Shown here one piece after another: positions 52,038 to 60,348 of a stretch of 64,000 nt of DNA. The position numbers were made by a program, and so were the translations under genes. Under the pieces are notes generated by a model. That model saw only the letters and a list, made by a program, of their open reading frames with translations. It was not told where the DNA came from and made no database searches. Position 1 is the first letter of the stretch; each line of letters opens with the position of its first letter. The stretch lies in the NCBI GenBank assembly GCA_963795855.1, contig CAWCIZ010000003.1, positions 1 to 64,000 on the forward strand, given 5' to 3'. Source of the DNA: Vulcanimicrobiota bacterium. Its GTDB lineage: Bacteria > Vulcanimicrobiota > Vulcanimicrobiia > Vulcanimicrobiales > Vulcanimicrobiaceae.

Positions 52038-52865
52038 ATGATCAGCCAAGACATCTCCATTTCGGTCGATGGTTCCAGCATGCCCGGATATCTTGCGTGC
52101 CCGGAAGAGGGCTCGGGGCAGCATCCGGCGGTCATCGTGCTGCAAGAGGTGTTCGGTCTGACGCCCGAGACCAAGCGGATCACCGACTTGCTCGCAAGCA
52201 TCGGCTACGTGGGCTTGGCGATTAATTATTACCATCGCATCGATCCGCAGATGAGCGAACCGTACACCGACGAGGGGAATAAGCGCTCATTCGAAGTCGC
52301 GGCGTCGGTCACGGCCGAGAACCTTTCCGCCGACGTGCGCGCAGCCGTCGAATGGCTGAACGGCCAGCCGTTCGTCAAACGCGGAAAGATTGCGACGTGG
52401 GGATTCGGTTTCGGCGCAACGGCGGGCTTCCTCACCGCAGACCTTCGCGAACTGAGCGGAGCGATTCTGTTTTATCCCGGCGAGCTCACCGGCATGCCGG
52501 GCGGCGGCGAACCGCCTTTGGAACGCGCGGCGCAAGTCAACGTTCCGCTGCTGATCATCTTCGGCGAACAGGACTACTTCGTTTCACGCTACGACATGGA
52601 CCGCATCCAGCAGGCGCTCGATGACGCGAACAAGGACGCGCGCATGCAGATCTATCCGGGCGTCGGTCACTCATTTTTCCGTCACGGCCGCCCGCAAGCG
52701 ATCTCGGAATTGCAGCGCTACTCGGACGAGTCGGTCGCGCACGCCGTGGCCGATTCATGGGATTTGGTCAAAGCATTTCTCATCAAGATCTTCAACCGTT
52801 CAACGCAGCGCGCAGGCGAGATCGGCGATATCCGTACGCAGCGTACACAATCAGCCCGAGCGTAA
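52038..52865 (+). CDS. Dienelactone hydrolase family protein (nucleophile Cys reads Gly)
   Basis: PAVIVLQEVFG, WGFGFGA at the nucleophile elbow, FGEQD, YPGVGHSF. GGAGG SD. Confidence 0.85.
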   Translation: MISQDISISVDGSSMPGYLACPEEGSGQHPAVIVLQEVFGLTPETKRITDLLASIGYVGLAINYYHRIDPQMSEPYTDEGNKRSFEVAASVTAENLSADVRAAVEWLNGQPFVKRGKIATWGFGFGATAGFLTADLRELSGAILFYPGELTGMPGGGEPPLERAAQVNVPLLIIFGEQDYFVSRYDMDRIQQALDDANKDARMQIYPGVGHSFFRHGRPQAISELQRYSDESVAHAVADSWDLVKAFLIKIFNRSTQRAGEIGDIRTQRTQSARA

Positions 52866-54222
52866 ACCACACCAGAAACCGGATCCACGTCGCAGCACTC
52901 AATCCGTACGCGATCAAATACAAACATCCGCCGGCGCCCAAAATCGTAAAGACGAGCGCGAGCGGAGCGCGGAAAGGCCGCTTCGCGCCGGGCTGAACCA
53001 CGCGCAGCACCAACACGCCCAAGCAGACGATAGCGAACGCCGAAAGCGTCCCGATGTTCACGAAATTCAGCAGGTCCGTTAGGGGCAGCACCGCCGCCAG
53101 CACCGCAACGATCGCGCCCGTGACGAACGTCATACGCGCAGGCGTGCGAAACCGCGGATGCACGCGCGCGACGCCCGGGGGCAACATGCGGTCGCGAGCC
53201 ATGACGTAAAAGATGCGGATTTGTCCGAGCAGCGAGGTGAGCATCACCGTGGTGTTCCCCGCAATGCCTCCCAGTCCGACGACCCAGTACACGAAGCGGG
53301 AAGCATGCGCGCCTTGCACCGCGTCGAGCATTGCTGCGCCGCCGCTCAGCCGTGCGAACGGCATCACCGCAACCGTGACGAACGCAAGCGCGCAGTACAG
53401 CACACCGCCTAGCCCGAGTGAAAGCAGAATGCCGATCGGCACGTCGCGCACCGGATTGCGCGCTTCCTCCGATGCGACCGTCACCGTGTCGAACCCGATA
53501 TAAGCGTAGAAGACGAGCGCGGTACCGGCGACGACCCCGTGCCAGCCGTGCGGTGCGAGCGGCTGCATATTCGCGCCGTGCACGGCGCCTGCGAGCGCCG
53601 CAAAAAACACGATCATCGTGACGATCTGGAAGATAACGAGCGCGCCGTTCGCGCGCGCCGATTCGCGAATGCCTACCGCAACGAGCGCGGTCACTCCGAG
53701 CGTGATGAGTCCCGCGATGACGTCGAGTTGCGGATGATATTGCACGAACGGCCACGTTCCCGTGGTCGTGTACGTCGCCGACTGCGTCCACGCCGGTAAC
53801 TTCACGCCGGCGTTTGCAAGCAGCAACTGCAAGAATGCTGACCAGGACGACGCGGTCGGCGCGACTGAAAGTCCGTACTCGAGAATCAGATCCCACCCGA
53901 TGATCCAGGCGACGAATTCGCCCAGCGTCGCGTACGCGTACGTGTACGCGCTTCCCGCGACCGGAACCATCGACGCGAATTCGGCATAGCATAACGCGAC
54001 GCAAACGCAGACGAGCCCCGATAACCCGAACGAGAGCACGACTGCGGGGCCGGCTGCGTGCGCACCCGCGCCGATCGTCGGAAAAATGCCGCCGAGCATC
54101 GTGCCCAGGCCAATCGCGGTCAATGCGGGCCAACCCAACGCGCGGCGCAGCGTCGGGCCTTCGCCGGTCTCGGGCAACGTCCACGCGAGCGGCTGCCGCG
54201 CGAGCAGCCGCCGCAAGATCAT
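52792..54222 (-). CDS. APC-family amino acid permease
   Basis: GTMLGGIF, LCYAEFASMVPVAGSAYTY, GWDLILEY, FYAYIGFD, EEARNP. Confidence 0.93.
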   Translation of the reverse strand: MILRRLLARQPLAWTLPETGEGPTLRRALGWPALTAIGLGTMLGGIFPTIGAGAHAAGPAVVLSFGLSGLVCVCVALCYAEFASMVPVAGSAYTYAYATLGEFVAWIIGWDLILEYGLSVAPTASSWSAFLQLLLANAGVKLPAWTQSATYTTTGTWPFVQYHPQLDVIAGLITLGVTALVAVGIRESARANGALVIFQIVTMIVFFAALAGAVHGANMQPLAPHGWHGVVAGTALVFYAYIGFDTVTVASEEARNPVRDVPIGILLSLGLGGVLYCALAFVTVAVMPFARLSGGAAMLDAVQGAHASRFVYWVVGLGGIAGNTTVMLTSLLGQIRIFYVMARDRMLPPGVARVHPRFRTPARMTFVTGAIVAVLAAVLPLTDLLNFVNIGTLSAFAIVCLGVLVLRVVQPGAKRPFRAPLALVFTILGAGGCLYLIAYGLSAATWIRFLVWFTLGLIVYAAYGYRRSRLRAALNG

Positions 54223-54701
54223 CCGACGGGGCAGAGTGAATGAATCGCCGCTTCGGCTCGTGAGTCCGCCGGCAAATTCACGGGACGGATGTACATCGCC
54301 ACGTAACGATCGCCTTTCACGATCGTGGACGTCATTTCGATCTGCGATCGTTTTCCGTCGCTGCTGGTTCCTTGTGCGACGACTTGCTGCGCCGCCTGCG
54401 TTCCGCAGAGCGTCACCGGCCCGTGCTGCAGCACGCGCACGTTTTTGCTGTACTGCGGCGGCAAATCGTCCAGACCCGTGCGCGTGTCGTTCGGGTTACC
54501 CTTGACGAGCATCAGCATCTGCGGCGCCTGACCTTTTTGCGCGCTGCCTTTGATCCACATTTGAAGATGTCCGAACATCGCCGGCGTTCCCGCCCATCCG
54601 GAGGGCGGCTGAAAGGCGATTCCGGACGTGACGCTCCCGCAGCCGGCCAGCGCAGCCGAAATGCAAAGCGCCACGATTGGTAAACGAACTCGTGCCTTCA
54701 T
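54219..54701 (-). CDS. Hypothetical lipoprotein
   Basis: [21 protein letters not shown] lipobox; ATGA overlaps with both neighbours. Confidence 0.7.
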   Translation of the reverse strand: MKARVRLPIVALCISAALAGCGSVTSGIAFQPPSGWAGTPAMFGHLQMWIKGSAQKGQAPQMLMLVKGNPNDTRTGLDDLPPQYSKNVRVLQHGPVTLCGTQAAQQVVAQGTSSDGKRSQIEMTSTIVKGDRYVAMYIRPVNLPADSRAEAAIHSLCPVG

Positions 54702-55412
54702 GCTCGGCTGCTTCGGCGTTCGTAGCCGGCAATCTTCGCCCAGCGGTCGACGATGTCGTTGATGTACTCGCGCGTTTCCGCATACGGCGGAATGCCGTGA
54801 TACTCGTCCACCGCGCCGGGCCCGGCATTGTATGCCGCGAGCGCGGCGGCGTACGGGTTGGAAAAACGGCCGTCGTATGCGCGTACGTATTGCGGCGAGC
54901 AGTTGCGCGGCGCCGCCAATCGCGTCGAACGGATCGAACGGGTCGACCCCGATTCCCTCCGCCGTGGAAGGCATGAATTGCGCGATTCCGACCGCGCCCG
55001 CGGACGAGATTGCCTGCGGATCGAACGCGGATTCTTGCAGGAGCGTCGCCGCGAGAAACTCCGGCGGCAAACCTTGCCGCTGCGCGGCACGTACCGTGGC
55101 GTCGGCAAGTCTAAGCGCGTCCATCGGCCCGATTCGCGGATTCGTGCGCAGCACGGCACGCGTGACCGCAAGCGCAGGATTCTGCACGGGCGGACCGTCG
55201 TAGAGCAAACGCGCACCGAACAGCATGTTCGCGTACGCGGGCGCATGCCAGCTCAGGGCGTCGTCGACCACGACGGGTATGTACACCGTGGCATTCCGCG
55301 ATTGTTCGGAAACCGGCGGTGAACACGCCGCGACGCCCACGCAAAGGATCGAAAGTACTAATGCTCGTGATCGCAGCGCTCGCAGTCCTCGTCGTCGGCG
55401 ATTTGGGATCAA
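54698..55412 (-). CDS. Lytic transglycosylase (SLT) lipoprotein; frameshift near 54893
   Basis: VAAC lipobox, [30 protein letters not shown]...[11 protein letters not shown] in the 54698..55246 frame. Start uncertain. Confidence 0.8.
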
Positions 55413-55870
55413 CGTTCTTCTACCACGTGCCGCAGCACCTATGGTTCACCCTTCACCTGCGCACGCATCACGATCGCCGCCGCTCGTACGCCGACCATGC
55501 CGTGCTCTCGCTCGATCCGTGGGTGCTGCTCGACGGTCTGCTCGGCGCCTTGCCGTACGTCCTAATCGCGGCGCTGGTTTGGCGGGTCTCGCCGGCCGGG
55601 GCGCTCGCCGGACTTGCATTCGGCCAGTTGCACGTCTGGTGGCGGCACACGACGGAGCTCGGCTGGAAAACGCCCGCCCGCTTGCGAGAAGCCGCAGAAC
55701 TTCTCGGCATCGTGCTGCCCGAGGACCACGACCGCCACCACCGAAACCCCGCGCTAGAGTTCGGCGACATCTTCCGCTTCTACGACGCCCCGGCCCGGGC
55801 ACTCATCGCCGCACTTGCCTCGACCAGCCGGGGAGCGCGGAACGCTACGAAGAGGATGCAAAGCAGTTGA
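55361..55870 (+). CDS. Fatty-acid-hydroxylase / sterol-desaturase-like membrane diiron protein
   Basis: His boxes HVPQH, HLRTHH, HVWWRH, HDRHH with interspersed TM segments; FGDIF. Confidence 0.75.
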   Translation: MLVIAALAVLVVGDLGSTFFYHVPQHLWFTLHLRTHHDRRRSYADHAVLSLDPWVLLDGLLGALPYVLIAALVWRVSPAGALAGLAFGQLHVWWRHTTELGWKTPARLREAAELLGIVLPEDHDRHHRNPALEFGDIFRFYDAPARALIAALASTSRGARNATKRMQSS

Positions 55871-57057
55871 CCAAACGGGCGCTTTTTCTGATCTCCGACA
55901 CCGGAGGCGGACATCGAAGCGCGGCAAACGCCATTACGGCGGCACTCGACGAAATCACCGTGCCGAACTCGTTCGAACATCGCGTCGACGACGTCGCCGC
56001 GCATTGCTCGTTCCCGCTCACCCAACTCGGCTGGGGCTACTCGACTGCTTTGCGATATGCGCCGCCGGTGTACGGGGCGCTTTATTATGCGACGAACGGG
56101 CGGCGCCGGTACAAAGCGCTCGTGCGATTTTGCGAGCCGCTCTACCGCGAGCGCTTGCGCGATCTGTTCATGACCTATCGGCCCGACGTCATCGTTTCCG
56201 TGCATCCGCTGCTCAACCACGCCGCCTTACGGGCGCGAGCCGACGCACACATGCAGTACATCCCGATCGTGACGGTCATCACCGATCTCGGCAAAGTGCA
56301 CGAATCGTGGCTGATGCCGGAGGCCGATGCAGTCGTCGTTCCGGCGCGCGAGGTTTACGAGCGCGCGCTCTCGCGCGGAGTCAATCGATCGCGTTTGCGC
56401 ATGCTGGGACAGCCGATCCATCCGCAATTCGACGACGTCGTCGGCACGAAGGAGCAGCTGCGCGATCAACTTCGTTTGCCGCGGCGCGATTTCGTGACGC
56501 TGCTGATGGCCGGGGGAGAAGGCGGCGGAAAACTCATGCCTACGACGCTCGCGCTCGCGAAAGCCCGGCTGCCGATGCATCTGGTCGTCGTTTGCGGCCG
56601 CAACGAAACGCTTCGCTCGAAACTCGAGGATCTCGCGCCGTCGCTTCCGACGCCGATGACCATCATGGGTTTCACGAACAAGATTCCCGAGCTCATGCGA
56701 GCGGCGGATCTCCTCGTTACGAAGGCGGGACCCGGCACCCTGGCGGAGGCCAATGCCGCGCAACTGCCGGTCGTCGTGTACGACTACGTTCCGGGTCAAG
56801 AACGCGGCAACGTCGAGTTCGTTCGGCACAACGGCATCGGCGAGGTCGCGATCAACAGCACCGCCGAAGTGGTGCGCTCCGTCGAACGGCTCGTGAGAAA
56901 TCCGCAACGCATGGCGGTCATGCGGCACAATCAGGAACTAATCGCGCCCAAACGCAGTTCGCGCCGAATCGCCGCCTTGATCGCGTCGATGGCGAACACC
57001 CGGACGATCCCCGCGGACGACGAGTACGTTCGCATGCGCGAGGCGATTCCGGTTTAG
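55867..57057 (+). CDS. GT28 diacylglycerol glycosyltransferase (MGDG synthase/UgtP-like)
   Basis: ISDTGGGHRSAA, IVSVHP, VITD, GGEGGG, VCGRN, TKAGPGTLAEA, PGQERGN. TTG start after AAGAGGA. Confidence 0.88.
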   Translation: MTKRALFLISDTGGGHRSAANAITAALDEITVPNSFEHRVDDVAAHCSFPLTQLGWGYSTALRYAPPVYGALYYATNGRRRYKALVRFCEPLYRERLRDLFMTYRPDVIVSVHPLLNHAALRARADAHMQYIPIVTVITDLGKVHESWLMPEADAVVVPAREVYERALSRGVNRSRLRMLGQPIHPQFDDVVGTKEQLRDQLRLPRRDFVTLLMAGGEGGGKLMPTTLALAKARLPMHLVVVCGRNETLRSKLEDLAPSLPTPMTIMGFTNKIPELMRAADLLVTKAGPGTLAEANAAQLPVVVYDYVPGQERGNVEFVRHNGIGEVAINSTAEVVRSVERLVRNPQRMAVMRHNQELIAPKRSSRRIAALIASMANTRTIPADDEYVRMREAIPV

Positions 57058-57132
57058 AGCAGCCCCCGCAAGCGACGCTCAACGCTGTTGGCAAGCCTGC
57101 TGCGCAGCGCGAGCGGTTCGTCGGAGTAGCCC

Positions 57133-57570
57133 TTACTTCAATTTGTCGTAGACGTACACGGCAACGTCGTGCAAATCGCGCGGCGACATTTGCCAGCGCG
57201 GCATCACCGGATCCAGTTTCTTGCCTTCGTTGTCGATGCCGGTAGAAATTGCACGCTCCAGCAATGCGACGGTATAGGGGTGTTTTTGTTGGGTGACGAG
57301 CGCAGAATGGCGCAAGTCCGCGCTGCTTACGCCGCTCTGAAAACGCATGCCGCCCGAACCGTCGCCGCGATGGCATCGTACGCACGACGAATGCATTGGC
57401 GGCGGCGAGGCGGTGATGCTGGTACCTCGCAGATCGCGGCCGGTCGTGAAGATTGCGCGGCCGTTCGCATAAGGGTCGGAAGCCGGCGCGGTATGCCGCC
57501 GCTCGGTAATGCCGCCGTGCGAGGCGCACCCCGTTGCAGCTAGAGCGAGGGCAAAGAGCAGAAAACGCAT
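57133..57570 (-). CDS. Monoheme cytochrome c lipoprotein
   Basis: LAATGC lipobox, CVRCH, distal MPRW. Confidence 0.85.
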   Translation of the reverse strand: MRFLLFALALAATGCASHGGITERRHTAPASDPYANGRAIFTTGRDLRGTSITASPPPMHSSCVRCHRGDGSGGMRFQSGVSSADLRHSALVTQQKHPYTVALLERAISTGIDNEGKKLDPVMPRWQMSPRDLHDVAVYVYDKLK

Positions 57571-57781
57571 GCTTTCGTTGTTACCGCAACGGCTCGCGGC
57601 TTACCGCCAAAAAAGCAAGCATGCGGCAGGTGCGACGAGGATGCAATTCAGTTTTTTGGCCCCTGCTTCGTTCGTTTCCGTCAAGACGTGCTTAGTAATA
57701 TCTGCTATTCTAGTAGTCCGAAGTTGACTGCCCTTAGGCGTCACGGCCGTTCGTCCATTTCCATCGCCGGGAGTACGCACC

Positions 57782-58021
57782 ATGACTCCGATAGACACCG
57801 TTTGGAACCGTATGAAAGCTTGCGCCGCCGATTGCGTATCAAGAGGCGAGCGCCCTGGACGGTTCCGTGCCGAAGCGATTGTCATTCGCTATATGCACGA
57901 AGAGCGGGTCTCGCCGTGGCCGCCGCCGGAGGTCATCCACTTCTTCGGCAGCGAGCTGCTCGGCATGATCGATCGTGCGCGCGAGCGTGAAGCAGATCCG
58001 TCGCAAGCCAAAATCATGTAA
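57782..58021 (+). CDS. Hypothetical protein (79 aa)
   Basis: GGGAG SD, upstream TGn-TATTCT promoter candidate, fills the gap. Confidence 0.55.
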   Translation: MTPIDTVWNRMKACAADCVSRGERPGRFRAEAIVIRYMHEERVSPWPPPEVIHFFGSELLGMIDRAREREADPSQAKIM

Positions 58022-58116
58022 CGTGACGCGCGATTCCGCGCGCTTTCAAGAATTCTTCATTCTCAGCCGCTACGGTCTGTGTCGACCTCTCACTTCGACA
58101 CAGGAGACCTTACCCA

Positions 58117-58578
58117 ATGGACAATCGATTCTCGGTACTGGCACTTGCCGGTATCCTCAGCCTTGCTGCGTGCGGCGGCGGAAGCACGGGCACGGGCACG
58201 GGCGGCTACACGCCCCCCACGGGGGGCACGCCGGCGCCAACGTCGAGCCCTGCAGCGCCCGCATCCGCGCCACTGCAAGAAATGGTCGCTGGAGCGCTCG
58301 CGTTCGTTGATCCCGCGAATCATCACACACTCTACTTCGTCGACGGCGACGCGCCGCCCGGAACCGGATGCAACGGTTCGTGCACCGCGGAGTGGCCGGT
58401 TCTTACGCCCGCATCCAGCGCGCAGGCGCAAGGCAATCTCGTTATCGTCACGCGCATTGACGGTGCGCAACAGTGGTCGTTCAACGGTCACGCGCTGTAC
58501 GAGTTCGCCGGCGATTCGGGAGCCGACCAATCCAACGGCGTGTACGGTCCTTGGCATATCGCTCGTCCGAGCGTATGA
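58117..58578 (+). CDS. Lipoprotein with secreted-repeat (Lipoprotein_15/COG4315-like) domain
   Basis: LAACGGG lipobox, TLYF..D...CNGSCTAEWP, LYEFAGD...G.W. AGGAGA SD. Confidence 0.8.
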   Translation: MDNRFSVLALAGILSLAACGGGSTGTGTGGYTPPTGGTPAPTSSPAAPASAPLQEMVAGALAFVDPANHHTLYFVDGDAPPGTGCNGSCTAEWPVLTPASSAQAQGNLVIVTRIDGAQQWSFNGHALYEFAGDSGADQSNGVYGPWHIARPSV

Positions 58579-58593
58579 ATCGCGCGCGGCGGC

Positions 58594-59561
58594 TTAGCGG
58601 CGGACGTATCCCGTCGTCAGGCCGCCGCGAAAGGCCATCGTCGCCGCGCCCACTTGTCCGGCGTCGTTTCCGAGTTTTGCGATAACGAGTTTGGTCGTGC
58701 CTTTGGGCACCATAGTGGTCAGCGCATCGACGCGCTGCCGAATCGCGTCGAGCATGAAATCTCCGGCGGTGCTCACGCCGCCGCCGAGCGCGATGATTTC
58801 GGGGTTCACGAACGTCACGACGTTCGCGAGCCCGAGCGCCAAATCGGCGGTGAAGTTTTTCCATGCCGCAAGCGCGTGCGCGTCGCCGGCTTGCGCGCCG
58901 CGGCGGATGGCTTTCGATCCGAGTTTGTCCGGACTTCGCGCGAGCAGCGTGCTGCGCGGAAACGACGGCGCGACGGCCATCGCGTGCCGCAGCAATCCGG
59001 TTCCTGAAGCCTGCGCTTCGAAACAGCCCGTTTTTCCGCAGCCGCAGATGAAACCGTCGGTGGGACGGATTTGATGATGGCCGATTTCGCCGGCGCCCGC
59101 GCGATTGCCGATGAGCAACTCGCCGCCGGAAACGATGCCGCCGCCGATGCCCGTGCCGAGCGTGAGCAGCACGAAATCCTTCGCGCCTTTGCCGGTGCCG
59201 AAGGTGTACTCGCCGAGCGTTGCGCAACGCGCGTCGTTCGCCACAAAGACCTGCAGTTTGCCAAAGCGCCTGCGCAGTCTTCGCCGAGCGGGGCGTCGTC
59301 CCACAAAAAATTGGGTGAGTAGAGTACTGCGCCGCTGGACGGATCGATGTTGCCGGGCGAACCGATTCCGATGCCGACGAGATCCTTGTCCTTGTGCTCT
59401 TTGAGTGCGGCCCCGACGACTTCTTCGATGCATGCGACGACCGCGGCGAAGGCGCGATCCGTGACGTCCATCTCGTGCTGGCTGAGGATCTTGCCGTCTT
59501 CTTGAACGACGCCTGCCGTAACGTGCGAACCGCCGAGGTCTACGCCGATAGCCTTACGCAC
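58594..59561 (-). CDS. ROK family sugar kinase (glucokinase-like); frameshift near 59277
   Basis: GVDLGGS, GIGIGSPG, ANDARCA, LTLGTGIGGG, GEIGH, CGCGKTGCFE. Confidence 0.9.
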
Positions 59562-59618
59562 TCTTGCTCTTTCCTCCCGGGGGCTGTTTCTTGATCAGCG
59601 TCGAAGCCCCTATGCGAC

Positions 59619-60290
59619 ATGGAAACGATCGACCTGATTCAACTGCGCAACTTCACGCGCGAAACCGCCCAGCCCACGCATCCGGAATTGCTCGATGCGC
59701 GCCCTATCGAGCGCGTGAAGAAAATCGAGATTGACGAAGAGCACATCACGCTCACGTACAACCAGAAGACGACGCATTATTATAACGCGAACGAAGTCGT
59801 GCAGAGCGAATGGGAATACAAATACAACGACGATCCGGAAATGGTCGCCGCGATCGCGAAAGTGATCGATCTCGCGCGCAAACACCACAAAGACATGCCG
59901 GAGAACGTCGCGTGCCCGCCGGGTTGCGCGGAATGCTGCAGCGGATACGAGCCGTTCGTCAGCCGCGACGATTTGGATCGCATGGCGAAGTTTCTTCAGA
60001 TGTCGCCGCGTGAAGTGCTGGACGAGTACGTCGTCAAGCGCAAATCCGCCGACGGCTACTATCTGGGCTGGGTACGCAAAGTCACGGACGACGTCGCAGA
60101 CAAATGCGTGTTCTTGAAAGAATCTCGACCAGGACGTTACTACTGCGGCATCTACGAAGCGCGCCCTGGTGATTGCCGCGACTTCACGCCGATCGGCTGC
60201 CAAGACGTGAACGAAGACCTGCCGCGCGACAAATCGATCAAGATCGGCGGCCCGTTCCAGCCGCGTCACGCACGAGGACGCAAGCGCTGA
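59619..60290 (+). CDS. YkgJ family cysteine-cluster (Zn/Fe-S) protein
   Basis: CPPGCAECC, CVFL, CGIYEARPGDCRDF. Confidence 0.85.
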   Translation: METIDLIQLRNFTRETAQPTHPELLDARPIERVKKIEIDEEHITLTYNQKTTHYYNANEVVQSEWEYKYNDDPEMVAAIAKVIDLARKHHKDMPENVACPPGCAECCSGYEPFVSRDDLDRMAKFLQMSPREVLDEYVVKRKSADGYYLGWVRKVTDDVADKCVFLKESRPGRYYCGIYEARPGDCRDFTPIGCQDVNEDLPRDKSIKIGGPFQPRHARGRKR

Positions 60291-60348
60291 TCGCATAGCG
60301 CGAGCCGGCGCAAGGTGCGGCGCACGTTCGCACGCGAAATCCGGCTCC

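Noticed and set aside
54219..55412. 397-aa SLT-lipoprotein fusion shown in the ORF track
   Set aside because: Artefact of the frameshift near 54893. The SLT C-terminus is in another frame and ends at 54698, and the lipoprotein has its own ATG and lipobox.
55225..55866. Long N-terminal extension on the GT28 ORF (610 aa)
   Set aside because: This stretch encodes the desaturase-like protein in another frame; the GT starts at TTG 55867 after an SD.
58048..58057. AAGAATTCTT palindrome upstream of the lipoprotein gene
   Set aside because: Only 10 bp, single occurrence and no matching regulator; too weak to call.
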